DNA of 64,000 nt from Nitrososphaeraceae archaeon (GCA_035250975.1 DATFEP010000043.1:1-64000), one strand, 5' to 3'; shown: positions 41,956-52,324, counted from the stretch's first letter. Numbers and translations: made by a program. The notes: a model not told the origin generated them from the letters alone.

Positions 41956-42321
41956 ATGAAAAATATAGAAAAATTATTTTCAAACACAATTTTGTTAGAC
42001 GAAAAAAGAAAGATGCATATAAAGATGCTTTTTTTTGATAATGGATGTTTTATTATATTATCAGAAAATTCTCACAGAATAGGTTCTATGACAATTGCAT
42101 CAAGTTTAGCAAATAACGTGACGAAATCACAAATCATTCCTAGTAAGTTTGACTCGTTGTTTATAGATTCAACGGCTCAAAGAATATCATTGATGTTAAA
42201 TGGAATATGTCTAGTATCATTACATAGCAAGAATCCATTAAATATTGAGGATATGAAAATAATTACGGGAGAGATATTAAATATAGTAAGTGAAAGAACA
42301 AAAGAAGATGCAGGTGAATAA
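41956..42321 (+). CDS. conserved hypothetical protein
   Basis: 121-aa ORF overlapping the ubiD-family gene start. Confidence 0.65.
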   Translation: MKNIEKLFSNTILLDEKRKMHIKMLFFDNGCFIILSENSHRIGSMTIASSLANNVTKSQIIPSKFDSLFIDSTAQRISLMLNGICLVSLHSKNPLNIEDMKIITGEILNIVSERTKEDAGE

Positions 42322-43696
42322 TGGTAAAAAAAATAAAAAAGATATAGATCTTAACAGTTTTATCAAAATACTTGAAAAAGAAAAGGAGATTATACGAATA
42401 AGAAAAAAAGTCAATACGAGATTTGAATTAGCTGCATTAGTTTCAAAGGTTGATGGCGGAAAGGCAATAATCTTTGAAAATGTAGAAGAGAAAAAAATTC
42501 CTGTAATTAGTAATCTGCTTGGAACAAGAAAGAGATTTGCTTTAGCTCTAGGTGTAAATAATGAAAAAGAGATTCATAATATCATTAATAAATCTATAAA
42601 TAAAATAAACAATAAAACAAAAATAACGAGTGATGTTCCTCATTGTCAAAACTCTAATACAAACCTATCAATTCTTCCAATAATTACTCATTTTGAAAAA
42701 GATGCTGGACCATATATCACCTCATCGATAGTTTATGCAAAGGATCAGGAAAATGGAAATCAGAATTCATCAACACACAGATTACTGAAATTAGATAATA
42801 AACATTTGGTAGTAAGAATGGTAGAAGGTAGACATTTACATAAATGTTTTATAAATGCAAAGGAACATGGAGAAGATTTGAAAGTAGCAATTGTAATAGG
42901 AGTTCATCCGGTGGTAAATATCGCTGCAGCTTATCAAGCATCTTATGGAATAGATGAAATGTTCATAGCAAATGCTTTGCTAAATGGTAATCTACACTTA
43001 GCTATGAACAATTACTCTCACCTTTTGATTCCCGCTTCGTCAGAAATAGTTTTAGAAGGTAGAATATTGAAAGATAAAACTCATGAAGAATGGATGGTAG
43101 AAATGTTGAAAACATATGACTTTAAAAGACAACAACCAGTCTTTGAATTAGAGAAAATCCGGTTTCGAGATAATGCTATCTTTCACGATATTCTTCCAGG
43201 ATTTTTGGAGCATCGTTTATTGATGGGTTTACCTGTAGAATCAAAGATATTTGATCAAGTTAGAAATATAATTCCTAATACTTTACGGATCTGTTTAACT
43301 GATGGCGGTTGTAATTGGTTAACAGCAGTCATACAAATTAGGAAAAGATTAGAAGGAGAACCAAAAAATGCTTTGATTACAGCTTTTTCATCCCACCCAT
43401 CACTAAAAATTGCAATTGTAGTTGATCATGATATTAATCCATCTAATCCAACAGAGGTGGAATATGCAATATCGACCAGATTTCAAGCTGATAAAGGGTT
43501 ATTAATTATACAGAATGCGAAAGGCTCTAGTCTCGATCCATCAAGTGATCAACAAAATTTACTAACAACTAAGATTGGGATTGATGCTACTGCTAGTTTA
43601 TTGAAGCCAAATGAAGGATTTGAAATTGCACATATTCCAGGAGAAAAGAACATAAAATTATCTGATTATCTTAGAGAACAAGTTTACAGAAAATAA
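42308..43696 (+). CDS. UbiD-family prFMN decarboxylase (possibly anhydromevalonate-phosphate decarboxylase)
   Basis: DAGPYIT, HRL, EIVLEG, VVDHDIN, SLDPS, KIGIDAT. Confidence 0.9.
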   Translation: MQVNNGKKNKKDIDLNSFIKILEKEKEIIRIRKKVNTRFELAALVSKVDGGKAIIFENVEEKKIPVISNLLGTRKRFALALGVNNEKEIHNIINKSINKINNKTKITSDVPHCQNSNTNLSILPIITHFEKDAGPYITSSIVYAKDQENGNQNSSTHRLLKLDNKHLVVRMVEGRHLHKCFINAKEHGEDLKVAIVIGVHPVVNIAAAYQASYGIDEMFIANALLNGNLHLAMNNYSHLLIPASSEIVLEGRILKDKTHEEWMVEMLKTYDFKRQQPVFELEKIRFRDNAIFHDILPGFLEHRLLMGLPVESKIFDQVRNIIPNTLRICLTDGGCNWLTAVIQIRKRLEGEPKNALITAFSSHPSLKIAIVVDHDINPSNPTEVEYAISTRFQADKGLLIIQNAKGSSLDPSSDQQNLLTTKIGIDATASLLKPNEGFEIAHIPGEKNIKLSDYLREQVYRK

Positions 43697-43823
43697 AACA
43701 AGTAATTGATTATGTTCGTTCAACATGTTCAAAGAAATAATCATTTTATTATAATTATAATGATTTAATTCTATTTTTTGTATATTAATTTAAATATCCT
43801 AATTCAACAAAAAAGGAGTGTGA

Positions 43824-44150
43824 ATGTCTGTGAAGCCTAATAGTTTTGCTATGAAAGATTGGCATTTAGAACATGTTGAAAAGGTAATTGTTCGCTATGT
43901 TAGGGGATTATCACCTAATGCAACTTCATTTGAAAAACGTAATTTTAAAAAATATAGTACAATGTCTAATTGTGCAAAACAAATAGAATACGATAAAAAA
44001 CATGGTGTTACTAAAGAAGAAGTGATGGCTGTAATGCAAAAAATTAGAACGGATGAATCATTCTCTGAACTACTTAAAAATCCAGATTCTGTTCAAAGAT
44101 TAGATGAATTAGAAAAACAATTAGCTACTCCGAAAAGAGTTAGTTGGTAA
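43824..44150 (+). CDS. hypothetical protein
   Basis: 108-aa ORF with GGAG upstream and TATA. Confidence 0.7.
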   Translation: MSVKPNSFAMKDWHLEHVEKVIVRYVRGLSPNATSFEKRNFKKYSTMSNCAKQIEYDKKHGVTKEEVMAVMQKIRTDESFSELLKNPDSVQRLDELEKQLATPKRVSW

Positions 44151-44255
44151 TTAATTTTAAAATTAAATTTAAATTTTAGATTTTCAGCATTTTCAAATAT
44201 CTTAAAACAGACATTATGAAAAGATATTTAAATTGTATAAGAATTTATAATAGAA

Positions 44256-44978
44256 ATGAATGGTGATATTAAAATTCTTAGTGTAATAACTGCTAGTAGC
44301 ATTATCATTATGACATTATTAACTTTAAATCCAAATCAAGTAGATGATAATGATGGTCATTCAATTGGATTTATGGATGTATTTGCACAAGATGATAAAT
44401 TACCAGTTGTTAAGAATTCCCAAATACTCCCATTTTCTGGGCAAAATTATGCAGATGTTAAAAATAGCGAGACTATAAATCTCAATAGTTTTACGGTATC
44501 AACTTGGTTTAATACTAATTTGAATGCAACTGGAAAAGAAACATTCTTGATAAATAAAGGTGGAACTGGAAGTGATAAGAGTGGATCGAATCTCAATTAT
44601 GGAATTTTCCTAACAAACAGAGAAAAAGTGAGAGGAGGATTTGAAACCCCGTTAGGCGATGATTATCTTGTTACTTCTCAATCTTCATATAATGACGGAC
44701 AATGGCATAGTACAATTCTTACTTTTGATGAAAAATCTCATATATTGAAATTATATATGGATGGAATAGAAGTTGCCAGCAATTCTACAAAGATTGGTGT
44801 GAAACCAGATTCTACCGGAAAGCAACCTATAAGACTGGGAGCAAATTCTCTGGCTGAAAAAGGAAAGATAACGGGAAATTATACTGGTCAGTTGGATGAT
44901 ATTCAGGTTTGGAATTTTGCTTTTACAAACGATGAAGTGTTAGATTTGTTCAAAAAAGAATCACAAATCCAAAGATAA
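44256..44978 (+). CDS. exported LamG-like jelly-roll protein
   Basis: FTVSTW, DGQWH, LYMDG, GQLDDIQVWN. Confidence 0.88.
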   Translation: MNGDIKILSVITASSIIIMTLLTLNPNQVDDNDGHSIGFMDVFAQDDKLPVVKNSQILPFSGQNYADVKNSETINLNSFTVSTWFNTNLNATGKETFLINKGGTGSDKSGSNLNYGIFLTNREKVRGGFETPLGDDYLVTSQSSYNDGQWHSTILTFDEKSHILKLYMDGIEVASNSTKIGVKPDSTGKQPIRLGANSLAEKGKITGNYTGQLDDIQVWNFAFTNDEVLDLFKKESQIQR

Positions 44979-45068
44979 TGAATTAGTAATGGAAGTTATT
45001 TTCACTGACTAAAATATTTTTTATGTATTTTAAGAATTAAAAGTGTTGTACAATACAAAAATTCAAAG

Positions 45069-45671
45069 TCATTTATCCTCAGGAAAAATATAGTTTAATA
45101 ACATATCAAGAGCTTTATTCTTTATTTTACTTTTAAAATATTCTGTTCCTTTTATGGGTTTCTCTAATAATTTGTCTTTTTCAACTTCTTCAACTGGTCT
45201 ATGATCTAATGCACCCTCAAATTGCATTCTATATTGTTGAAAATTTGATTTAACAATCGAATCAAAAACATCTTTCATCCAGACAGAACCTATAAAATAA
45301 ACATAGGGCGGATTCACACGTTTCTTAAGAAACTCATCAAGACTATTAAGACACTGTGAAACTTTCTTAGACTCTGAATCTATCTTTATTATCTTTTCAT
45401 CTATTCCTCTATTTATTAATTCATTTTTAAGTAATCCTGAATAAAGAGAATCTGCAGTAAGTAGGATAATAGTTTTATGGGCGTCAGGTTTAGAGCGTAC
45501 AATTACGTGATACATCCTTTCACAAAGATTAATTCTTTCCAGCACATGAGAGGGTAATTCCGATGATGAAGGATTTTGATGTATTGAATATAAAATAATG
45601 AGATTCCCATCTGTAAAACGAGTTTCTGACAATGATTTAATTACATATTTTAAATAAGTCTTTTTATACAT
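45069..45671 (-). CDS. hypothetical protein (start uncertain)
   Basis: long ORF; upstream part of the tracked ORF overlaps the divergent gene, so an internal Met is used. Confidence 0.6.
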   Translation of the reverse strand: MYKKTYLKYVIKSLSETRFTDGNLIILYSIHQNPSSSELPSHVLERINLCERMYHVIVRSKPDAHKTIILLTADSLYSGLLKNELINRGIDEKIIKIDSESKKVSQCLNSLDEFLKKRVNPPYVYFIGSVWMKDVFDSIVKSNFQQYRMQFEGALDHRPVEEVEKDKLLEKPIKGTEYFKSKIKNKALDMLLNYIFPEDK

Positions 45672-45755
45672 TCCCAATTGATACAAAAATAACAATAAAT
45701 CATTGAAACTTTTTTCAGTAATTATTAAATTATTTACGATCATAAAATAGGTGAG

Positions 45756-46097
45756 ATGATGGATATATATACAGAAAATCGTCCTTGGGGTAAATTTGAA
45801 AAATTTCATGAAAACATTCCCAGTACTGTTAAATTAATTTATGTGAATGCCAATTCAAGACTTAGTTTACAATATCATCAACATAGAAGAGAATTTTGGA
45901 AAATCATCAAGGGAAGTGCCGTGATCGAAATTGATGGAAAAGAGCTGAAATTAAAAGAAAATGAGACCATAAATATTCCTCTAGGGGCAAGGCACAGAAT
46001 AAAGGCATTAGAAGACTGTATAATATTAGAAATTTCATATGGAAATTTTGATGAAGATGACATTGTTAGAATAGAAGATGATTATAATAGAGTATAA
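45756..46097 (+). CDS. cupin, mannose-6-phosphate isomerase type II C-terminal-like
   Basis: RPWG, LSLQYHQHRREFW, EDDIVRIEDDYNR. Confidence 0.9.
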   Translation: MMDIYTENRPWGKFEKFHENIPSTVKLIYVNANSRLSLQYHQHRREFWKIIKGSAVIEIDGKELKLKENETINIPLGARHRIKALEDCIILEISYGNFDEDDIVRIEDDYNRV

Positions 46098-46111
46098 TAA
46101 ATAAAAAAAAA

Positions 46112-46528
46112 TTAACTAAACGGAAATTTTCCGCTCTTCTTAAAAACGCCTATGATTCTCTTCATGGTAGTCATTGTATCCAAACAAGATGATGAATTTT
46201 GATTATAACTACAAGGTGAATAATTGAAATATTTATCATCCGTGTAATGGTCAAATTTGAATATACCTTTTATTATTTCCATTAATAACGGAATTATCCC
46301 AGATCTAGCCCCCCATGCTCCTTTGGTGTTTACTATCCAGAACATTATTGTTGGATCATAATCAATAGGAAAAATAATTCTCTTTAATGATTTTAATTCT
46401 TCAGAAGAATAATGTCCTTCTATTTGTATCCAACCTTTGGAGAGTTTATGCATTAAAATTGCGAATTTATAACATTGGAAACATCTATCATCATATATAA
46501 GCAAAGGGCGAATTATCTTGGAGTACAT
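46112..46528 (-). CDS. DCC1-like thiol-disulfide oxidoreductase
   Basis: LIYDDRCFQC (DxxCxxC). Confidence 0.7.
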   Translation of the reverse strand: MYSKIIRPLLIYDDRCFQCYKFAILMHKLSKGWIQIEGHYSSEELKSLKRIIFPIDYDPTIMFWIVNTKGAWGARSGIIPLLMEIIKGIFKFDHYTDDKYFNYSPCSYNQNSSSCLDTMTTMKRIIGVFKKSGKFPFS

Positions 46529-46617
46529 ATTAATTATATAGAAACTTAGTTATTTAAAATTATATTGATAAAAGTATGGACAGAATAAATATTCAGTTTT
46601 ACTTAATAAAATAAGGT

Positions 46618-46905
46618 ATGGGAAAAAGGAAGGGAAAAATTGAACAAATTTTTAGCAAAGCAATCTATTCAGATAATCCAGAGTTATATATAATTTTATA
46701 TCGAGATTTCAACACGATTATTTCTGTTACTTTGCCAAGGTTTATGGAAATATCAGAAAATTTACAATTAATACCAATAACTAGAATAGTACAAATAAGA
46801 AAAGGGAATGAAATACTATATCAGAAATTCAATTATCTTAAAGAATTTTTGGGCTCGAAAGATGAACATAATTTCAATTCAATGAAAGCAAATGATAATT
46901 ATTAA
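46618..46905 (+). CDS. MJ1316/DUF504-like RNA-repair domain protein
   Basis: I.YRD...IP..RI.QI...G..LY pattern. Confidence 0.6.
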   Translation: MGKRKGKIEQIFSKAIYSDNPELYIILYRDFNTIISVTLPRFMEISENLQLIPITRIVQIRKGNEILYQKFNYLKEFLGSKDEHNFNSMKANDNY

Positions 46906-46931
46906 ATTATGTTATACTTACAATTCTTTTA

Positions 46932-47498
46932 TTGATTGATAGAATTAATAAGAAAATCATATATTCAGTTATTGGAGTTATAGTCGTAATAGGAATATCT
47001 ATTTTCTTCTTGCAACAATTTGAATTCCCAAGTATTCCAAAGTTGGATTTTAAACCTGAATTTAATCAAGGAGCTCTTAGTGAGGCGAGGCAATTAGAAA
47101 TCTCTTTAAATAATCTTTCTTTTGCGCGCGTTAATAACAATGACATCAATATTAAAACGGCATTCAATGTTTATAATCCAAATATGGGAACATTGCTTCT
47201 TGAAAATATAAATTATAATATTTTACTAGACAACATACGAATTTCTTCTGGAGATATTGGCAAGAAACCAGAAGGTTTCGTAGCTTCTCAGGAAAATATT
47301 TATCCAATCATAGGAAATAGTACTGTTATTCTGAAGGATGATAATACAATATCAAAAGATAATAGAATTGCTGAAGTATGGAATAAAATTATGGATGAAA
47401 AGTCTAAATTTCAAATCCATGGTAATTTTGCATATAAACAAACCTCAAGTTTTCAAGCAACTGCTGGTGAAATCGAGTTTCAATTGAATTACCCGTAG
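46932..47498 (+). CDS. membrane-anchored LEA_2/WHy domain protein
   Basis: N-terminal TM, FNVYNPN motif, beta-rich. Confidence 0.75.
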   Translation: MIDRINKKIIYSVIGVIVVIGISIFFLQQFEFPSIPKLDFKPEFNQGALSEARQLEISLNNLSFARVNNNDINIKTAFNVYNPNMGTLLLENINYNILLDNIRISSGDIGKKPEGFVASQENIYPIIGNSTVILKDDNTISKDNRIAEVWNKIMDEKSKFQIHGNFAYKQTSSFQATAGEIEFQLNYP

Positions 47499-47564
47499 AT
47501 GTTCTAGAAACTTTATTTTTGACGGTAAGGTTTAATATCCTTTAATATTTTTTTATAGTGACAA

Positions 47565-47682
47565 GCGGTCATCGTCTAGTTTGGTTAGGACACTGGCCTT
47601 CCATGCAACAAATCATGCGAAGCAAGCCCGCAACCCGGGACCTTATTAAAGTAAGGCGGGAATTCAAATCCCGGTGACCGCA
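47565..47682 (+). tRNA. tRNA-Gly(TCC) with two introns (47604-47624 at 37/38; 47640-47662 at 53/54)
   Basis: GCGGTCA/TGACCGC-A acceptor; BHB helices CTTC/GAAG and CCCG/CGGG with 3-nt bulges. Confidence 0.92.
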
Positions 47683-47772
47683 TCCTACATAGGAATTCAT
47701 ATACTCGTCTTTGGTATTCTACAGCAGTTGTTGTAAACAACAAAGAGAAGGAGAGAAAGAGGTAGAGAAAAA

Positions 47773-48028
47773 ATGTCGTCAACATCATCGTCATCTTGTT
47801 CAGTCAAACTTTCAACCATAGTGGATAACAAGATTGGTCTTGTACCCAACAAAGAAAACTCCTCTATAATATACGATTTCTATAAATATATGCAAGAGAA
47901 AGGTTCATCTGATAACCATCAGGTAAACAACCTAAAAGTAGTTATTGATTTTGCTAATTTTTTAGGACCAGAGATTTACATTTTATGAATTAAACAAGAG
48001 AGAACAAATAGTATCTTTTCTAGATTCT
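47773..48028 (+). pseudogene. N-terminal fragment of a tyrosine integrase, frameshifted at about 47977
   Basis: NKENSSIIYDFYKYMQEKGSS..NNLK..FANFLG then TFYELNKREQIVSFLD in the shifted frame; directly after a tRNA. Confidence 0.65.
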
Positions 48029-48136
48029 GATAATCTTCCTCCGCCAAACATAATAGCACAGGAAATAGTGGAAAATCTGGAATCAGCGTTAGAGGAATTC
48101 TCTCAGATTGAAGATGAATTAATAATAAGTAAATAG
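48029..48136 (+). pseudogene. C-terminal remnant of type I R-M methyltransferase (HsdM-like)
   Basis: DNLPPPNIIAQEIVENLESALEEFSQIEDEL matches the recalled HsdM tail pattern LPxPxxIAxEIxExLxxAL. Confidence 0.65.
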
Positions 48137-48190
48137 CAGAGTATTGAGTTATTATTATTAAAAAAATCTTTTACCGTTATATTCTTATAT

Positions 48191-48433
48191 ATGTCAATCC
48201 CACCCAGGAATAAAAAAATGGCTAAGCGTTACTGGATACTTGCAATAATATCAGTATTTATTCTAATTATGGCTTATGCTTCTTCTATAACTCTACCTTA
48301 CGGACTGGATTTGTATGCTAATCTTGTATGGATGGCATTTTTCTTTGGAATGCTTCTTGTTAGTATAGGGGCAGGAATTCAGGTAAGAGGATTAGAAAAA
48401 AAGATTAAAGAAATGAACAAAACCACTAAGTAA
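48191..48433 (+). CDS. small 2-TM membrane protein
   Basis: two hydrophobic helices, basic tail. Confidence 0.6.
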   Translation: MSIPPRNKKMAKRYWILAIISVFILIMAYASSITLPYGLDLYANLVWMAFFFGMLLVSIGAGIQVRGLEKKIKEMNKTTK

Positions 48434-48509
48434 TTTTCATGCGTTGTTTCAATTATTTTCTTAAGATATGGTCCTGAGATGAATTTCTGAATTAAAATCT
48501 GACCAACCC

Positions 48510-49142
48510 TCAATCTTGTTTTATACTTATTTCAAGGGCATCTTTAACATTTTTGTTAAATTCTAAACTAGTTTCTGTTGTATGGCTGTTATATCTACCA
48601 GAATTTCTAACGTAGTCTAAATAATCTTTCATCTCGTTTTCATATATCAAAACATTATCTGCAACTACTATTGCCTTCTTTTTCAGCAAATTATTTTCCT
48701 CTAGAAGTTTAAGGTATAAAAAATACTGGTTTTTTTCTGCATCTAAAAAGACAAAGTCAAATTTATAATGATTATTATCAAGCATTGGAATGACCTTTAT
48801 AGCATCACCAGTAATTACATCTATTCTATCTGATAATCCTGCTCTCTCGATATTCTTTTTTGCAATCTTTGCAAGATTTTTATCTATTTCCAAACAGGTA
48901 ACGATAATTTCTTTAGGATGGGTGTCATTGCCATCATAATGATAATAATCATCAGCATGTGTTTTTAATACAAAATTTGCCATCAAAATAGCTGAATATC
49001 CATGCAAAGTTCCAATCTCAAGAATCGTTTTAGGTTTATACCTCTTGATAACTTTTTCTATGATTTTTCCTTTTATTGGACCAATTGACGGAAGGAAATT
49101 CTTTTTTGCTATCTCTTCTATTTCTGATAAAACATCCAACAA
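48510..49142 (-). CDS. class I SAM-dependent O-methyltransferase
   Basis: LEIGTLHGYSA, FVFLDAEK, VADNV. Confidence 0.9.
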   Translation of the reverse strand: MLDVLSEIEEIAKKNFLPSIGPIKGKIIEKVIKRYKPKTILEIGTLHGYSAILMANFVLKTHADDYYHYDGNDTHPKEIIVTCLEIDKNLAKIAKKNIERAGLSDRIDVITGDAIKVIPMLDNNHYKFDFVFLDAEKNQYFLYLKLLEENNLLKKKAIVVADNVLIYENEMKDYLDYVRNSGRYNSHTTETSLEFNKNVKDALEISIKQD

Positions 49143-49412
49143 TACTATGCTCTTTTTGAGAGTAGTGCTATTATTATTGTTATCATATCTACGATTTATC
49201 TCTACTTGTAATAATGAAATATTTATTCATGCATCAGGAAATAGAAGGGAATTTTCTCAGATTGAAGATGAACTAATAATTACTAAGTAGCAATCTTCAA
49301 AGAATTATCATTATTTTAATAAATAAATTTTTTTATTACAATTTCTCATATTTTTTCGATAGGCTCTAAATATTAATAATAATATAATTCAAAAAAATAC
49401 CAAAGATTATTA

Positions 49413-49439
49413 GACTAGGTTAAATATTAAAACCTAGTC
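49413..49439. terminator. perfect 9-bp hairpin downstream of 49460-50068
   Basis: GACTAGGTT-N9-AACCTAGTC. Confidence 0.4.
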
Positions 49440-49459
49440 GATTCTTAGTTACTGGTAAA

Positions 49460-50068
49460 TCACTGTCTATTAACTGATTGTCCTACTGATTTTATGTAAC
49501 TGGTATTTGTTCTTACCAAATCCTTTAGATTGTCGCGTGTTTGTTCTAATGCTGTATTGTATATCCTCATATTTGATGCTAGAGCGTTGTTTATGAGATT
49601 GCTCGTATTTAACAGGTAACTTGTAAAGTTATTCACCAGTACTGCTTGGTTTTCAACAATTTTCTGTGGATTATACAAGTCCCATAGGCCGGTCAAATTT
49701 ACATCACTTTTTTTGTCTGCTTGTTGTGATTGAAAAGAGTTTACTACTTCTTTTTCTGCTTCAATAAAGTCAGAGGCAATATCTTTTATAGTCTGAACGG
49801 TTTTTTCTTGATATTCAGCAATACGTTGAGTGTATTTTGGAATTTCTCGCGTAGCTTCATCAGTGGTTCTCTCTATATTATGTAAGGTGTTGTCGAGTGT
49901 CTTGTTTATTATATCTTTTTGTTGATTTAAGGTGTTATTGTAGTCTCTATTTGCTCTTTCATTGAAATTACTGTGGTCTTTGTTAAATTTAGTTGCATTT
50001 CTTTCATTAAATTCTGGTTCATTTACAGTTATATTTTCATTTCGTTTTATTTCTTCTTTTGTTGTCAT
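49460..50068 (-). CDS. amphipathic coiled-coil protein (phasin-like)
   Basis: all-helical, N/Q/T-rich, no TM. Confidence 0.7.
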   Translation of the reverse strand: MTTKEEIKRNENITVNEPEFNERNATKFNKDHSNFNERANRDYNNTLNQQKDIINKTLDNTLHNIERTTDEATREIPKYTQRIAEYQEKTVQTIKDIASDFIEAEKEVVNSFQSQQADKKSDVNLTGLWDLYNPQKIVENQAVLVNNFTSYLLNTSNLINNALASNMRIYNTALEQTRDNLKDLVRTNTSYIKSVGQSVNRQ

Positions 50069-50386
50069 GGTTATATATATACGTTACTAAGGTATATAAA
50101 CGTACGTAATGATGTCCAATAAAAAGTCATATTTATGTTTGTATGACCTACATATTTGTATAATTGAAGGTAATATATTTGCAATTACAATAATAACAAC
50201 AAGTAAAGGAGACAAAGGATAGATAAAAAAAACAAAAAGTCAAGTGGATAGATCCGAGAAAAACACGGTCACGTCGTGTTGTGAGACATTTTTACCCTTA
50301 TTTTTAGGATAGATAAAACTAAATTTTAAATTCAATAAATTAAGTAATAATATATTCAAATATACTCAAAAATAATATCAAAGAAA

Positions 50387-50652
50387 ATGACACAAAAAGA
50401 GAAGATAGCGATATTTTACTTGTAAAATGTCACATAAGGTCGTGTAATTGTCATCGTTTCTGTGGAATCCGCCTTGAAACTCATCATATAACTCCAGAAA
50501 GTGAAGGAGGAAGTAATAATATTGATAATGCTATTTCAGTATGTTTTGATTGTCATGCTGAAGTTTAACTATATAATGATAAGCACTATCGTGGCCCGAA
50601 TTATACCACAAACCAACTGATAGCACATAAAACAATGGCTGGATTTATGTAA
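50387..50652 (+). pseudogene. HNH endonuclease pseudogene
   Basis: LLVKCHIRSCNCHRFCGIRLETHHITPESEGGSNNIDNAISVCFDCHAEV*LYNDKH; in-frame TAA at 50566-50568 plus frameshifts. Confidence 0.8.
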
Positions 50653-50994
50653 ATCTACTGAATTTCTAAGATTTAAAAACCGCTAATAAGACACGTGTTG
50701 TAGAAATTATTAATGAATTAGACCACATAGAGTGGTGGTTCTAATCGCTCATATTAAACTTCTAGATAGATTAGCTTTCTTTCTGTGGTTTAAAATGGTC
50801 TGATGTGTCTTGAATAATATTTTAAATAGGGTTAAACAATCTACATATATTCTTCTTGTCTGTCTTGTGAGATGAACCGTTTAATCCTATCGCGGATCAT
50901 TGACCAGCATCTTGAAACTAACGGGCAAGTATGAGTGGGTTTCTATTATTTGTCATTTTTAAACTCCCATCAAGACACCCGCAACTAATGTAAC

Positions 50995-51744
50995 TTAGAT
51001 TTGTGCCTCACCACCATCGACGAACAGTTCGATACCGGTGACATAACTGCTGTCATCCGATGCGAGGAACGAGGCGACTTTAGCGACTTCATCAGCGGTA
51101 CCCATCCTCCTCAACGGCACGGTGCTCGCGAGGTTCTTCTTGAGTTGTTCGCTTTGTTCCTCCTTCTGCATCAAGTTACTGAGGGCCTGTGTGTCGATGA
51201 GACCAGGACTGATGGCGTTAACACGGATCTTATGGTGTCTCAGATCGACCGTCCATGTGCGCGCAAACGAACGTACGGCGGCCTTAGTTGCGCTGTAAAC
51301 ACTAAACCCCTCAACTCCTTTGGATGCAGCGACCGATGAATTTAGAATGATCGAACCGCCGTGCTGAAACAACGGAATCGCTTTTTGCACAGTGAACAGA
51401 AGTCCTTTGACGTTGACACCGAATGTTTTGTCAAAGTGCGCTTCAGAAATTTCGCCTAATGTGGCGAATTCTCCAAGTCCGGCGTTGGCGAACAGAATGT
51501 CGATGCGTCCCTTTTGTTGCTTTACCATCGCGTACATCCGATCAAGATCTGCCAGATTTGAGACATCACCCTGAACACCCGTGACGTTTTTACCGATGTC
51601 TCTTACTGCTACATCAAGTTCGGTTTGACGTCGACCTGTGATGAAAACATATGCACCATCAGTGACGAACCGCTTTGCCGTGGCAAGCCCTATGCCACTA
51701 CTTCCACCTGTAATAACTGCTACTTTTCCTTCAAGTTTATTCAT
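50995..51744 (-). CDS. short-chain dehydrogenase/reductase
   Basis: TGGSSGIG, NAG, YSATK; likely start MNKLEGK at 51744. Confidence 0.93.
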   Translation of the reverse strand: MNKLEGKVAVITGGSSGIGLATAKRFVTDGAYVFITGRRQTELDVAVRDIGKNVTGVQGDVSNLADLDRMYAMVKQQKGRIDILFANAGLGEFATLGEISEAHFDKTFGVNVKGLLFTVQKAIPLFQHGGSIILNSSVAASKGVEGFSVYSATKAAVRSFARTWTVDLRHHKIRVNAISPGLIDTQALSNLMQKEEQSEQLKKNLASTVPLRRMGTADEVAKVASFLASDDSSYVTGIELFVDGGEAQI

Positions 51745-52324
51745 TATTTTTACTTCGTTTTGGTAGGTTTTAAGTTTATGAGTTGAAGAGATACTTTGAC
51801 TCTTGTTAATCTTCAAATAAGTTCCACATTAACCTGTGATTACCATATAATGTGAAAATACTTATTCTCCGGATTAGTAATGGATTATGCTTATGAAAAA
51901 CTATTCTTACTCCCAATCTTCCATTGGTTTATCACGTTCCAAATTAATATGATTGAAAAAGATTCTTAATTGCCTAAGATAATAATCCCTTGTTACTTTT
52001 GATCTAATGCCAAATTCCAAATACAATAATGAATATGCATTAGAGCTTTCATAATTTTGTTGTATTTTCAATTTTCTTTAATTCACCTTATTTTTTATTT
52101 TTGTGAATCCAATTAGAGAACTAATATTATAATGGGGCCAGTAGTTTCCACTGTGATATCAATTCTAAAAATGGATTCAAATTAATGGAAACATATCCAA
52201 GCTATAAAACATTGCTATACAACAAATTTGGTTAAAACACAAAATATCTATTCAGAAACCATGGTAAAAAGGATGTTTATTCAAACTCTATAATCATCGT
52301 CGAGATATAGTTCGACCGTTTAAT

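Noticed and set aside
47585-47794. Minus-strand 69-aa ORF
   Set aside because: Antisense to tRNA-Gly
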